From contig CBDEUZ010000007.1 in assembly GCA_965243495.1 (NCBI GenBank), positions 1,511,743-1,575,742 on the forward strand: a stretch of DNA of 64,000 nucleotides, in the 5' to 3' direction. Under the pieces are notes generated by a model. That model ran no database searches and had not been told where the DNA came from. It saw only the letters and a program-made list of their open reading frames with translations. Origin of the DNA: Dehalococcoidia bacterium (lineage in GTDB: Bacteria > Chloroflexota > Dehalococcoidia > UBA6926). Positions within the stretch are counted from its first letter, which is position 1; each line of letters opens with the position of its first letter. The translations under genes were made by a program, and so were the position numbers. Positions 9,541 through 20,057 of the stretch are shown here, in pieces.

Positions 9541-10800
9541 CCGCCTCACTCCCCGCAACTCCGGCAGCATAAGCCGTAAAACCATCACTACTACGAACCC
9601 CGTACCCGTCAGTAGCGCCAGCGCCATCTGAGGCCCAAGGTTCTCCGGCTCCGCCATCCATCCCACCGTCAGCATCCCCAGCGGACTCGCGCCGATGCCT
9701 AGCGCGATGGCGCCCATCGCGCGTCCCCGCATCTCCGGACTCACTGCTCGCAGCGCGATAGTTGGCTGCATCGTCGCAAACCCGGACATGCCCAGGCCTG
9801 CAACCATCAGGAGAACAAGAGAAACCGTGTACCACTCTGAAAGGGCGAAGAGCACCATGATTCCTAACATGAATGTCGAGCCCAGCGAATAGACCTGTCC
9901 ATGGTTGCGTATCTGTCGTGAGGCAATGATGATCGCACCCGTCAACGACCCCACGCCGGCCGCGCCTGCCAATACCCCATACAGAAAGGCGTTTGCGCCC
10001 AGCACGTCACGCCCGATCACTGGCACCATTGTCAGGAAGGGAAATCCGAAGAAGTTGAGGCTGACGGTGATTGTCAGGGCGGCTGCAAGAGCCCGGTTGG
10101 TGGCGAGCACCGTCACGGATTCCTTCAGTTGTCTAAGTACGGGCGTCTTTTCCGCGCCCATCGACTCAGTCCTGGGAATGGTGAAGAGAACCCAACCCGC
10201 CGCCACGTACAGGCCCAACATCAGCCCATACGAACCTGAGAAGTCAACCAACTCAATGATTGCCCCGGCGAAAAGCGGCCCCACGATGCTGCTGCCCGTG
10301 AGGGCCACAACATCCAGAGAGATGGCATTCGTCAGCGCGTCCCCGCGGAAAATCTCCGCGAAATAGGCGCGTCGCGCCGAGAAGTCCACCGCCCACGCTG
10401 AACCGGTAAGGAAAGTCGCCAGGTAAGCGTGCCAAGGCTCCACGTTTCCGCCTACTAGCACCGCGAGCATCCAGCCGACCACTGCCACGTTGAGGATTTG
10501 CGTTGAAATCATCACGTACTTGCGCGGAAAACGGTCTGACAAGCTGCCCGCTACAAGCCCAAGCAGGAACATGGGAGCCATCCGGAACACACCAACGAGC
10601 GCCACTTGCGACGGCGAGTCTGTCAGTTCAAGAACCAGCCATGACAGAACCGCCATCTCCATCATGCGGTTCATATACCAGATCCACCCCGCCATCCAAA
10701 GGCGGCGGAAGACAGGGTTGCGGAGCGAGCGGAATGTGCGGAAACGGTGCGAACGCTCGCGTCGCGCCGCTCGTTCAGTCGTAGATGGATTAATGCTCAT
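9538..10800 (-). CDS. MFS transporter
   Basis: 12 predicted TM helices and MFS-like loop motifs (…GSLSDRFPRKYV…). Confidence 0.8.
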   Translation of the reverse strand: MSINPSTTERAARRERSHRFRTFRSLRNPVFRRLWMAGWIWYMNRMMEMAVLSWLVLELTDSPSQVALVGVFRMAPMFLLGLVAGSLSDRFPRKYVMISTQILNVAVVGWMLAVLVGGNVEPWHAYLATFLTGSAWAVDFSARRAYFAEIFRGDALTNAISLDVVALTGSSIVGPLFAGAIIELVDFSGSYGLMLGLYVAAGWVLFTIPRTESMGAEKTPVLRQLKESVTVLATNRALAAALTITVSLNFFGFPFLTMVPVIGRDVLGANAFLYGVLAGAAGVGSLTGAIIIASRQIRNHGQVYSLGSTFMLGIMVLFALSEWYTVSLVLLMVAGLGMSGFATMQPTIALRAVSPEMRGRAMGAIALGIGASPLGMLTVGWMAEPENLGPQMALALLTGTGFVVVMVLRLMLPELRGVRR

Positions 10801-10870
10801 AACCGCGCCTCGTTAGCGGCGCGGTGACCGGAAAGTGGACAACCGTAGAATACTATCCGCTTGGTTGTCC

Positions 10871-11671
10871 TCAAACGCTGCAGCTCTTAAGGAACTCGTC
10901 AAGCTCTTGGATGTATTGCTCAGGGCGTGCTGCGCGCATGCTGTGTCCCACGTCCGGCCACAGCCGGAAGTCCAGGTCAGGCGCGGCGATGCTGCGGTAG
11001 TACTCAAGCTCCTCCGGCATCATGTAGCCGCCGGCGGCGATGTCTGCCACAAGCACCAGCGTAGGCACGCCGATGCGCCGCATGTGGTCCTCGCAGCGGA
11101 ATGCCCACTGTCGGTTGTCGGTCAGCAGCCGTGTAACGGCGTGCGGCGAGAAATGATGATGGCGATAGACATGCTCATCCGCTTCCTGCTCGGACATGCC
11201 TTGCTCTTTCGCCTCTGCTCGAATCTCCGCCTCCGGCCTGTTGTGGCGGGCCAGTGCCTGCTGCAGGCTCGTTACGTGAACGTTGACCATCTTCCAGTAG
11301 ACCGGGTCTTCGAGGAACGCGCAGCATATCTTGTCCGCGAAGTCGGACGCCATGATTGTGCCGATGTTGCCGCCCCATGAGTGCCCCGCGTACGCTGGCT
11401 TTTCCAGGCCGAGAGCGTCAATCAACTCTGCAACGTCCGTCGCGAAATCACGCAGCATATAGCCCGTAACGGGCTTGTCCGTTTGCCCATGGCCGCGGTT
11501 GTCCGGCGCGATGATGTGATATCTGTCCTGGAAAGCCTCCGCCACCGTAGCCCACGACGAGGCCAGCCCTGTCCACCCATGTACAAGAAGCAGGTCGGGA
11601 TTCGACGGGTCTCCCCATTCGAGATAGTGCATCTTGAGTCCCTGGATATCGGCGAACTTGCTCTCCGGCAT
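10871..11671 (-). CDS. alpha/beta hydrolase
   Basis: HGWTG oxyanion region and nucleophile elbow GHSWGG. Start moved to the internal ATG (MPESKF) with a GGGGGA RBS. Confidence 0.7.
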   Translation of the reverse strand: MPESKFADIQGLKMHYLEWGDPSNPDLLLVHGWTGLASSWATVAEAFQDRYHIIAPDNRGHGQTDKPVTGYMLRDFATDVAELIDALGLEKPAYAGHSWGGNIGTIMASDFADKICCAFLEDPVYWKMVNVHVTSLQQALARHNRPEAEIRAEAKEQGMSEQEADEHVYRHHHFSPHAVTRLLTDNRQWAFRCEDHMRRIGVPTLVLVADIAAGGYMMPEELEYYRSIAAPDLDFRLWPDVGHSMRAARPEQYIQELDEFLKSCSV

Positions 11672-11746
11672 GGCGTTCCCCCAGTCACGCGCGGCGTCGC
11701 CGCCGCGTCTACGTCCCACTCAGAGCAAAAGTGTAGCACGCCCCCC

Positions 11747-11947
11747 TCTTCGTCATTCCCGCGAAAGCAGGAATCCAGTGCCGCCCACAGGGCGGGCTAC
11801 CACCCCTGTCCACCTAAGCGGCTTCCCTGGTTCCCCCTGAGCCTGTGGAAGGGTGCCCCCATCATGTCGCCAAAGCCGGAACGGGGCGGAGAAACGCCAC
11901 AAATCAACCAACCCTGATCGCGAACTTAAGCCGTAGCGCAGCTACCT
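11747..11947. repeat. family-A and family-D REP-like elements upstream of otsA
   Basis: tcattcccgcgaaagcaggaatccagt at ~11749; gatcgcgaacttaagccgtagcgcagctacc at ~11917. Confidence 0.75.
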
Positions 11948-12057
11948 GTATTTGACCAGTTACAGGCCGACGGCTAGGGTTAAGGCACGTCGCGAGACTC
12001 TTTTCGTACCGTGCAGCCGTAAGGTGAGCCTACCGGGTGGGGCTAGGGAGCAAGGCG

Positions 12058-13500
12058 ATGCAGCAGATACAGCGTCTTGTCGTCGTGTCCAACCGATTGC
12101 CGGCATCCACACTTCCCGGCGCGTCACAAGACCAGAGAAATCAACCTGTGGGCGGCCTTGTGTCGGCCGTGCAGTCAGCCCTTGAGCAATACGGCGGCAT
12201 GTGGTTCGGATGGAGCGGCACCGCAACGGAGCGCCGTTTGGCCGGGGAGCCGTCGGTCGCTCGTAGCGGCAGCATTGACGTTGGCTCGATGAACCTCACT
12301 GCTGATGAGGTCAATCTCTTCTACTCCGTTTTCGCCAATCGAACTCTCTGGCCGCTTCTGCACGCCTTCCCCAATTTCATCCAGCTTCGCCATGATGCCT
12401 ATCGCGGATATCGACGCGTCAATCGCAGATTTGCCGAAGGCCTCTATCCCCTCCTTCGAAGTGGGGACGCCGTTTGGGTGCAGGACTATCATCTGATCCC
12501 CTTGGGTTCGGAACTACGTCGAATGGGATGGAAAGGCAAGATCGGCTTCTTCCTGCATACGCCGTTCCCCGCCGCGGAAGTCTTCTCAATCCTCCCGTGG
12601 GCGAGGCAGCTCCTTGAAGAGTTTGTTAACTATGACCTGGTCGGATTCCACACGAATCGGTACGCCCACAACTTTCTTGACACCCTTCAAGCGGAAATTG
12701 GAGGCGCTGTTGACGAGGGCGTATTCGATGGCCGATCCGGAACAGTTGGAGCAGGTGTCTATCCCATCGGAACCGACCCGGATCAATTCCAAAAATGGAC
12801 GCGTGAATCAGTTGAAACGGAGGCCAGGGATCTCCTTCAGAGGCTCCTGCCCCGCACCCCTGTAGCACGCAAGAAAGTTGTCCTCGGAGTGGACCGACTC
12901 GATTACTCCAAAGGGATACCCCAGAGGCTAAGGGCGTTCGAGGCAATGCTTGACCGGTATCCGGCCGTTCGGGGCAAGGTCACATTGATCCAGATTTCCG
13001 CCCCCTCCCGCAGCCGCGTGCCGGAATACGTCCAGGAACGTGAACGAGTGGACGGACTGGTCGGGCGCATCAACGGCCGATTTGCCGAGGCGGACTGGGT
13101 GCCTGTCCACTATCTCTACCGCTCCTACAACCAGCAGGAATTGGCCAACTTCTTCCGGGAGGCGGACGTCTGCCTCGTGACCCCGCTTCGGGACGGCATG
13201 AATCTCATCGCCAAGGAATTCGTCGCATCCCAGGGCCCTGATCCCGGCGTTCTGGTGTTATCCCGTTTCTGCGGCGCCGCTGAGACGATGCGGGAAGCCC
13301 TGATCGTCAACCCGTATGACCTTGAAGCCACAGCCGAGGCCATGCACAACGCCCTGCTAATGACACACCGCGAACGCCGCCGTCGATGGATGGCCCTGTA
13401 TGAGGACGTCCAGACAAACACCGCCAAGGCCTGGGCCGACAACTTCCTTGCGGACCTCACTGCAGGCAGCAACACGTACGTCCCTCAGTCCGCAATATAA
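12058..13500 (+). CDS. otsA: alpha,alpha-trehalose-phosphate synthase (GT20)
   Basis: GT20 hallmarks (VVVSNRLP, GFFLHTPFP, VNPYDLEA…). ATG at 12058 has a GGGAGCAAGG RBS. Confidence 0.85.
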   Translation: MQQIQRLVVVSNRLPASTLPGASQDQRNQPVGGLVSAVQSALEQYGGMWFGWSGTATERRLAGEPSVARSGSIDVGSMNLTADEVNLFYSVFANRTLWPLLHAFPNFIQLRHDAYRGYRRVNRRFAEGLYPLLRSGDAVWVQDYHLIPLGSELRRMGWKGKIGFFLHTPFPAAEVFSILPWARQLLEEFVNYDLVGFHTNRYAHNFLDTLQAEIGGAVDEGVFDGRSGTVGAGVYPIGTDPDQFQKWTRESVETEARDLLQRLLPRTPVARKKVVLGVDRLDYSKGIPQRLRAFEAMLDRYPAVRGKVTLIQISAPSRSRVPEYVQERERVDGLVGRINGRFAEADWVPVHYLYRSYNQQELANFFREADVCLVTPLRDGMNLIAKEFVASQGPDPGVLVLSRFCGAAETMREALIVNPYDLEATAEAMHNALLMTHRERRRRWMALYEDVQTNTAKAWADNFLADLTAGSNTYVPQSAI

Positions 13501-13526
13501 TTGTCGGATACAGTCGGGATACAGGT

Positions 13527-14285
13527 GTGATGCGAACCCTCATTGTTTCGGACATACACTCAAACATCGTCGCGTTTGACGCCGTCCTGCTCGACGCGAA
13601 CGCGCGTGGCCCGGTCGACAACATCTGGTCGCTGGGAGATGTGGTTGGGTACGGTCCGCATCCCAATGAGTGCCTTGACACCCTGCGGGGCTTTGAGCAC
13701 GTGTCCATAGCCGGCAACCATGACTTGGGCTCGATCGGAGCCATCTATCTGGGCATGTTCAATGAGGAGGCAGCGATTGCCTGTGAGTGGAATGGCAAAC
13801 AGCTTTCACCGGACAACCGCGTCTACCTTGAAGGCTTGCCGAGAGTTGTGAACCAGGGAGAATTCACGCTCGCTCACGGCTCCCTGCGTGACCCCGTCTG
13901 GGAATACCTCATTCACGAAGAAGCCGCGCGAGGCTCATTCGCTTTGTTGGAGACCCCTTTCCTCTTGATTGGCCACTCCCACCTCCCCCTGATCTTTGAG
14001 GAGATCGTCTCAGCGCCTGACGCCCCGACCCGTGTCCATTCGGTTGGCCGCCTCAACCATGGCTCCCTCATCCACCTGCCTGACAATGTCCGCCTTATCC
14101 TCAACCCCGGCAGCGTGGGACAGCCCCGTGACGGCGATCCCCGTGCTGCCTACGCGATTCTTGACACGGACGCCCATACATATACGCAGTTCCGCGTCCA
14201 ATACGACGTTGAATCTGCCCAGAAAAACATTCAGGACGCTGGCCTGCCTCTAAGCCTCGCCGAGCGTCTCGCATACGGTCTCTAG
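13527..14285 (+). CDS. metallophosphoesterase (calcineurin-like)
   Basis: Motifs IVSDIHSN, GDVVGYG and GNHD. Confidence 0.8.
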   Translation: MMRTLIVSDIHSNIVAFDAVLLDANARGPVDNIWSLGDVVGYGPHPNECLDTLRGFEHVSIAGNHDLGSIGAIYLGMFNEEAAIACEWNGKQLSPDNRVYLEGLPRVVNQGEFTLAHGSLRDPVWEYLIHEEAARGSFALLETPFLLIGHSHLPLIFEEIVSAPDAPTRVHSVGRLNHGSLIHLPDNVRLILNPGSVGQPRDGDPRAAYAILDTDAHTYTQFRVQYDVESAQKNIQDAGLPLSLAERLAYGL

Positions 14286-14296
14286 GGCACGCACGC

Positions 14297-14983
14297 GTGA
14301 GGCAGACGGCTCTCAATTTCTTCTCGACCGATGCCCTGACGCTTGAAGGCATCATCGCCGAGCCGTCCGGTGAGGAAATTCCGGAAGGCGGTGGTGACCT
14401 CCCCGGCGTTGTCTTCTGTTCCCCGGAGCCGCACCTCGGCGGCACAATGCTCAGTCCCGTCGTTGAGGCGCTGACACGAGAAGTTACTCCCCGGGGCTTT
14501 GTCTCGTTTCGATTCAACTATCGTGGCGTTGGCGAATCCCAGGGTGAGAACGCCTTGGGGCAGGGACAGGTGTCAGATGCGCTCGCGGCTGTTGAAATGC
14601 TGCGGGAATGGCCGGGCGTCGATGGACAGCGAATCGGAATCGTTGGCTATTCATACGGCGCAAGTGTCGCACTGCGCGCCGCCGCCCAGCAGCCCGAAGG
14701 TGTCCGAGCCGTCGTCGCAGTCTCACCCATACTGGACATTCCCCTAATTGGCATTCCGAAAGAGGGCGGCCTGTCAAACGTAGAAGTCCCCGTGAGATTC
14801 CTCATCGGAGGCAATGATGCGCTCACAACCCCGGAAAACCTTGGTGCGTGGGTTGATGGAATCGGACGCGACGATGTGACCGCCATGGCGCTCGAAGGTG
14901 CAGACCGCGCATGGCAGACCAGCCGCCCCGCGTTGGCCGCTGCCACGGCTGGTTTCCTGGATGCAACAATGGCTCTCCGTTGA
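14297..14983 (+). CDS. alpha/beta-fold hydrolase (dienelactone-hydrolase-like)
   Basis: GXSXG nucleophile elbow (GYSYGA) in an alpha/beta-hydrolase-sized protein. Confidence 0.5.
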   Translation: MRQTALNFFSTDALTLEGIIAEPSGEEIPEGGGDLPGVVFCSPEPHLGGTMLSPVVEALTREVTPRGFVSFRFNYRGVGESQGENALGQGQVSDALAAVEMLREWPGVDGQRIGIVGYSYGASVALRAAAQQPEGVRAVVAVSPILDIPLIGIPKEGGLSNVEVPVRFLIGGNDALTTPENLGAWVDGIGRDDVTAMALEGADRAWQTSRPALAAATAGFLDATMALR

Positions 14984-15069
14984 CACGGAACGTCCCCGTA
15001 CCTACGATTTTCACCTGAGACGTTCACGATAAAAGAAGACGGACAAGCACAAGCAGGGAGGCAAACTAG

Positions 15070-15369
15070 ATGGGGACGTACGTGTTGCTCAGCACGCTGA
15101 CGGATGAGGGACGCAAGACCGTAAAGCATCGCCCCGAGCGGATCCAGGAAGTCAACCGCGAAATCGAGTCGTGGGGCGCAAAGGTCACCGCCCAGTACGC
15201 GGTGCTTGGCAACTATGACTTCGTCAACATTGTTGAGGCTCCCGACAACGAGACGATTGCCCGGGTTTCCCTTGAACTCGGCGCGCGAGGCACCATCCAG
15301 ATAGTCTCGCTGCCCGCATTCCCTATCGAGCAGTTCATCGCCCAACTCGCCCGCACCCGCGACGACTAG
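15070..15369 (+). CDS. GYD domain protein
   Basis: ~100 aa with …GNYDFVNIVEAPDNETIARVSLELGARG…, characteristic of the GYD family. Confidence 0.7.
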   Translation: MGTYVLLSTLTDEGRKTVKHRPERIQEVNREIESWGAKVTAQYAVLGNYDFVNIVEAPDNETIARVSLELGARGTIQIVSLPAFPIEQFIAQLARTRDD

Positions 15370-15399
15370 ACAATCCTTGCACGCTCATCCTGAGCCTGC

Positions 15400-15492
15400 C
15401 GAAGAATCCCCGTTCGCCCTGAGCGTAGTCGAAGGGGGCTCCCGAACGGGGAACCATGCATCGTCATTCCCGCGAAAGCGGGAATCCAGTGC
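15400..15492. repeat. family-B hairpin + family-A element
   Basis: ccccgttcgccctgagcgtagtcgaagggggctcccgaacgggga … cgtcattcccgcgaaagcgggaatccagt. Confidence 0.85.
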
Positions 15493-15497
15493 CTTCT

Positions 15498-16523
15498 TCA
15501 GGGCACAACGTCCCTCACGTAGCCCACATAGTCTGTAAACCGTCGCGGCGCAAACCCGAACGCTTGCTCAACCGAATCGAGCGCTGTCACGTTATCCACC
15601 CGCAGCTGGCTTAGCTCTGCGGCCGTGATCGGCGGATCCCGCAGCACGCGCCCCATCAGCGTCGCGCCAAATTGAATGATGGATCGCGGCATGGGTAGGC
15701 TGTAGACGCGCTTGATTCCAAGCTCCGTCGCAAATGCCCGTGCAATATCCACGAGTGCGATGTGCTCCGGCCCGCCGATTTCATACACGTGCCCCGCCCG
15801 CTCCGGTTCCGTCACGCACAGCGTCAGCGCCGCCGCAAGATCGCTCACGTACATCGGCTGCAACAACGTCCGCCCCCCGTCGGGGAACGGCAGCAGGGCC
15901 ACCGGCCCCGTCCGTAGCAGCTTGACCGTCCGACGCGACACGGCATCGGAAACCCCTAGCACCAGCGACGGCTTCACCACCGTCCAGCCCAGCCCGCTGT
16001 TCCTAACCGCATCCTCCGCTTGCCAACGCGACCGCCCGTACGGCATCTCCGGGTCATCGGAGGCTCCAAGAATCCCCAGATAGATGAGGCGGTTTGTCCC
16101 CACGTCCTTCATGGCGTCGATGAGCGACTGTGTCGTGCCCACGTTCGTATCACCAAATGAACGCCCCTCGGTCTCGCGGATGATGCCAACCGCGTGGACG
16201 ACGACGTCCGCGCCGGAAACTGCCCCTCGCACCGCGTTCCAGTCCCGCGCGTCACCCTCGATGACCTCAACCGACTCACGTAGGACGGCCTCGCCGCGAT
16301 CGGCACGGTCGCGCGCGGCCACAACATCCTCACGGGTCAGCTTGCCGATATTCACGAGCGTTTCGATGGCGTCGAACGCAACTGCAAGCGACCGCCGCCC
16401 ATCACTGAACACTCTTTCCGGCGAGCGGGACAGCACACGGATCGGCCCGTGGCCCGCAGCCACCAGTGTCGCCACAAGGTGCCGCCCCACAAACCCCGAC
16501 CCACCCAGAACCGTAACCCTCAT
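15498..16523 (-). CDS. NAD(P)H-binding SDR-like / NmrA-like oxidoreductase
   Basis: Rossmann motif VTVLGGSGFVGRHL at the N-terminus. Start taken at the internal ATG (MRVTV…). Confidence 0.6.
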   Translation of the reverse strand: MRVTVLGGSGFVGRHLVATLVAAGHGPIRVLSRSPERVFSDGRRSLAVAFDAIETLVNIGKLTREDVVAARDRADRGEAVLRESVEVIEGDARDWNAVRGAVSGADVVVHAVGIIRETEGRSFGDTNVGTTQSLIDAMKDVGTNRLIYLGILGASDDPEMPYGRSRWQAEDAVRNSGLGWTVVKPSLVLGVSDAVSRRTVKLLRTGPVALLPFPDGGRTLLQPMYVSDLAAALTLCVTEPERAGHVYEIGGPEHIALVDIARAFATELGIKRVYSLPMPRSIIQFGATLMGRVLRDPPITAAELSQLRVDNVTALDSVEQAFGFAPRRFTDYVGYVRDVVP

Positions 16524-16639
16524 CAATGACCTCTTTCGCTCTACACGCGCTCTTATTGCCAGTCTAACTGCGCCCCCACTCGTCATTCTGGCCGCAGGCC
16601 AGAATCTGATGCACATTGAATAATCCAACACCTTTTAGC

Positions 16640-17140
16640 AATAGACCTGAATTGCATGTCATTCCGAGCGCAGCCGAGGAATCTAAAGCCGCATTACGCG
16701 AACCTAAGCCGTAACGCAGTTACTTCCATCGCCCCGCCTGCGCCCACATTCGTCATTCCCGCGAAAGCGGGAATCCAGTGCGGCGCGAAGCGCCGTCTTT
16801 GTCATTCCGAGCGCAGCCGAGGAATCTAAAGCCGCATTGCCCACCCATGCCGGAACGCGGCATTCCAACTCCGCAGGCCAATCACCGCCGGATCGCGAAC
16901 CTAAGCCGTAACGCAGTTACCTCCATTGCCCCGCCTACCACCTATTCGTCATTCCCGCGAAAGCGGGAATCCAGTACGGCGCACAGCGCCGTCTCTGTCA
17001 TTCCGAGCGCAGCCGAGGAATCTAAAGTCGCATTACGCCAACCACCGCCTAAGCGCCAACCAAAATCCGTAACGCCCCCACGCTCACCCTGAGCTTGTCG
17101 AAGGGCGAGCCGTAACGCAGTTACCTTGCCCCGTATATTC
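16640..17140. repeat. cluster of REP/MITE-like palindromic elements (families A, C, D and B-like)
   Basis: Family A (tcattcccgcgaaagcgggaatccag) near 16752 and 16947. Family C (gtcattccgagcgcagccgaggaatctaaag) near 16657, 16801, 16997. Family D (cgcgaacctaagccgtaacgcagttac) near 16697, 16891. A B-like unit near 17077. Confidence 0.85.
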
Positions 17141-17211
17141 GCCCAATGCTATTCTCGCCGCGTGCGCGGAAAGGCCGCGCGCGAATGGGGATAAAGGGAA
17201 GGGTGGCAAAT

Positions 17212-18090
17212 ATGGCCGACTATGAAAACATCCTGTATGAGAAGCAGCGCAAAGGCGTACTGATAACGCTCAACAGGCCGGAGCGGCTGAACGCCATCAG
17301 CCCCGACCTCGAGCGGGAACTCCACGAGGCGCTCGATGAAGCCGAGGCCGATCCTGAGGTTCGCGCCATCGTGCTGACCGGAGCGGGCAGGGCATTCTCC
17401 TCCGGCTATGACATATCCGGCGAAGCCGAATTCGAATGGCCGTACGCGCTTCCGAAGAACACAAGTGTGGCGGCGCATCTCGACCACTGGCGCACGTCGG
17501 ACCGCAAGAACATGCGCTATTTTCTGCACCTTTGGGAGCTGACCAAGCCCGTCATTGCGGCAATCAACGGCTGGTGCATGGGTGGCGGCTCCTGGTACGC
17601 CAACGCGGCCCACATGACCATCGCCGCCGAGGATGCCGTGTTCGCGCAGCCGGAAGTTCGCCACATGGACAACACCAGCTTCTTCTGGGTCCTTAATGCC
17701 GGCTATAAGAATGCCCTTCGCTACGCGCTCACGGGCGACCACATCGATGCGCAGGAAGCTCTCCGCATCGGCATCGTCAACACCATCGTGCCGCCGGAAG
17801 ATCTGATTGATGAGGCATTCAAGATTGTTGAGCGCATTGCGCTGGTCTCTCCGGAGACGGTGAAGATCAACCTCTACGTCGCCACGATGGGACTGGAGAT
17901 GATGGGTCTGCACAATGCCCTGAACCTGAACGCGGAACTGTCCGCCCACGCCCACACCTCCGTGAGCGAGGAGGGCCGCCGTCCCTTCGTAGAGGCGCAA
18001 ATAGAAGGTGGTCTCCGCGGCTACCTCCAGGCCCGTGACGGCCCATTCCAACCGGAGCCCTTCGGCCCGCGTTCTAAGCCGCGAGAGTAA
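17212..18090 (+). CDS. enoyl-CoA hydratase/isomerase family protein (crotonase fold), paralog 1
   Basis: …ITLNRPERLNAIS…LTGAGRAFSSGYDI… crotonase motifs. RBS GGGAAGGGTGG before the ATG. Confidence 0.8.
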   Translation: MADYENILYEKQRKGVLITLNRPERLNAISPDLERELHEALDEAEADPEVRAIVLTGAGRAFSSGYDISGEAEFEWPYALPKNTSVAAHLDHWRTSDRKNMRYFLHLWELTKPVIAAINGWCMGGGSWYANAAHMTIAAEDAVFAQPEVRHMDNTSFFWVLNAGYKNALRYALTGDHIDAQEALRIGIVNTIVPPEDLIDEAFKIVERIALVSPETVKINLYVATMGLEMMGLHNALNLNAELSAHAHTSVSEEGRRPFVEAQIEGGLRGYLQARDGPFQPEPFGPRSKPRE

Positions 18091-18123
18091 ATCTAACTAA
18101 CGCAGAAAGGAGCAACCAAAACG

Positions 18124-19014
18124 GTGCCCAACTACGAATACGTCCTGTACGAAAAGCAGCGCAAGGGCGCGCTCATCACACTGAACCGCCCTGAAGCCCT
18201 GAACGCGATCAGCCCGCAGATGGAGGATGAACTCCACTTGGCGCTCGATGAGGCCGAGGCGGATCCCGAGGTTCGCGCCGTCGTTCTGACTGGAGCGGGC
18301 AGGGCATTCTCCGCCGGCTACGACCTGGGAGCGCCGGATGCCCCCATGCGCGAGTTCGTTTGGCCCTACGGCGTCGCGCCCGGCCAGAGCGTTGCCGAAC
18401 TGCTGGATTCGTGGCGCACAAACGACAACGCCGGTGTCCGCAAGCTCCTCCACATGTGGGAGTTGACGAAACCTGTCATCGGCGCAATCAACGGCTGGTG
18501 CATGGGCGGCGCGTCCTGGTATGCCACCGCAACCCACATGACGCTCGCCTCGGACCAAGCCGTGTTCGGACAGCCGGAAGTACGCCACATCTCCAACACC
18601 AGCTTCTTCTGGGTGCTGTCCGCAGGCTACAAGAACGCGCTGCGCTATTCGCTGACCGGCGACCACATCGACGCCGAGGAGGCGCTGCGTATCGGCATCA
18701 TCAACAAAATTGTCCCGCACGAGGACCTGCTTGATGAAGCATTCAAGCTTGTTGAGCGTATCGCGTTGGTCTCGCCGGAGACGGTCAAGATCAACCTCTA
18801 CGTCGCCACGATGGGCCTTGAGATGATGGGCCTTGCCAACGCGCTCAAACTCAATGGGGAACTCTCCGCACTGGCCCACTCCTCAAGTCGTGAGGACTAC
18901 CGTAAGGAGATGTTCGATGGCCTCGAGCAGGGCGGACTCCGCTCGTTCCTCACAGTGAGGGACGGCCCGTTCCAGCCGGAGCCCTTTGGCCCCCGCTCGA
19001 AAGTCAGAGACTAA
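18124..19014 (+). CDS. enoyl-CoA hydratase/isomerase family protein, paralog 2
   Basis: Highly similar to paralog 1 (MPNYEYVLYEKQRKGALITLNRPEALNAIS…). Confidence 0.8.
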   Translation: MPNYEYVLYEKQRKGALITLNRPEALNAISPQMEDELHLALDEAEADPEVRAVVLTGAGRAFSAGYDLGAPDAPMREFVWPYGVAPGQSVAELLDSWRTNDNAGVRKLLHMWELTKPVIGAINGWCMGGASWYATATHMTLASDQAVFGQPEVRHISNTSFFWVLSAGYKNALRYSLTGDHIDAEEALRIGIINKIVPHEDLLDEAFKLVERIALVSPETVKINLYVATMGLEMMGLANALKLNGELSALAHSSSREDYRKEMFDGLEQGGLRSFLTVRDGPFQPEPFGPRSKVRD

Positions 19015-19103
19015 TCCTGTCCGTCATTCCCGCGAAAGCGGGAATCCAGAACCCAAAGAACAAACCAACCAGAACAGAGCAGACAAGGAAAGAGAGGAAA
19101 GAA

Positions 19104-19985
19104 ATGGCCGACTACGAAAACATCCTGTATGACAAGCAGCGCAAAGGCGTGCTTATCACACTGAACCGCCCCGAGGCCCTGAACGCGCTCAGCCGCGACC
19201 TCGAAGACGAACTGCACGTTGCGCTTGACGAGGCGGAGGCGGATCCCGAGGTTCGCTACATCATCCTCACCGGTGCCGGCCGTGCGTTCTCGGCGGGCTA
19301 CGATATCGCCGGTGGCCGCGCCCCAACCGTCTGGCCGTACGGTCTGCCGGAGGGCACGAACATCGCCCAGATGCTGGATGACTGGCGCACGCGTGACAAG
19401 CCGGATCGATTCATGCACCTCTGGGAGCTCACCAAGCCCGTCATCGCCGCCGTTAACGGCTGGTGCATGGGTGGAGGCTCCTGGTACGCGCTCTTCTCGC
19501 ACATGACGTATGCGTCCGATACCGCCGTGTTCTCGCAGCCTGAGGTCCGCATGATCTCCAACACCAGCTTCATTTGGACGCTCAACGCGGGCTACAAGCA
19601 CGCACTGCGTTACAGCCTCACCGGCGACCACATCGACGCTGAAGAAGCGCTCCGCATTGGCATCATCAACCAAATCATCCCGCAGGACGACCTTATTGAA
19701 GAGTGCTTCAAGATTGGCGAGCGCATCGCTCTGGTGTCCCCGGAGACTGTGAAGATCAACCTGTACGTCGCGACCATGGGCCTCGAGATGATGGGCCTGC
19801 GCAACGCGCTCATTCTCAACGGCGAACTCTCCGCCTTCGCCCACGCCTCCAAGCGTGAGGACGTAATGCGGCCATTGGAACAGGCACGTGAAGAGGGCGG
19901 AATGCGCGGCTTCCTCCAGCAGCGCGACGGTCCCTTCCAACCGGAGCCCTTCGGTCCCCGCTCAGCCGCCGCCCGCGGCAACTAA
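19104..19985 (+). CDS. enoyl-CoA hydratase/isomerase family protein, paralog 3
   Basis: MADYENILYDKQRKGVLITLNRPEALNALS…; a tandem paralog. Confidence 0.8.
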   Translation: MADYENILYDKQRKGVLITLNRPEALNALSRDLEDELHVALDEAEADPEVRYIILTGAGRAFSAGYDIAGGRAPTVWPYGLPEGTNIAQMLDDWRTRDKPDRFMHLWELTKPVIAAVNGWCMGGGSWYALFSHMTYASDTAVFSQPEVRMISNTSFIWTLNAGYKHALRYSLTGDHIDAEEALRIGIINQIIPQDDLIEECFKIGERIALVSPETVKINLYVATMGLEMMGLRNALILNGELSAFAHASKREDVMRPLEQAREEGGMRGFLQQRDGPFQPEPFGPRSAAARGN

Positions 19986-20057
19986 CGTTTAGCCGCCAAT
20001 CGAAGGAAAGGCATGGGCGGCCAACAGGCCGCCCATGCCGTCTTTTCCGCCCTCCAA

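Noticed and set aside
16778-17092. Track ORFs encoded inside repeat clusters (e.g. 16778-17092, 20035-20232, 20196-20411, 44068-44319, 48421-48651, 48495-48758, 11381-11917)
   Set aside because: The reading frames run through REP elements and produce recurring peptides (…SFPRKRESS…, …VIPSAAEES…). They are artefacts of repeat sequence in GC-rich DNA.
17149-19940. Long antisense ORFs (17149-18051, 18097-18879, 19011-19940 on the minus strand) opposite the crotonase genes
   Set aside because: High-GC antisense frames lacking stops. The sense-strand genes have clear family motifs and RBSs. The same applies to 14647-15345, 6348-6927, 4393-4801, 7361-7861 and 40833-41786.
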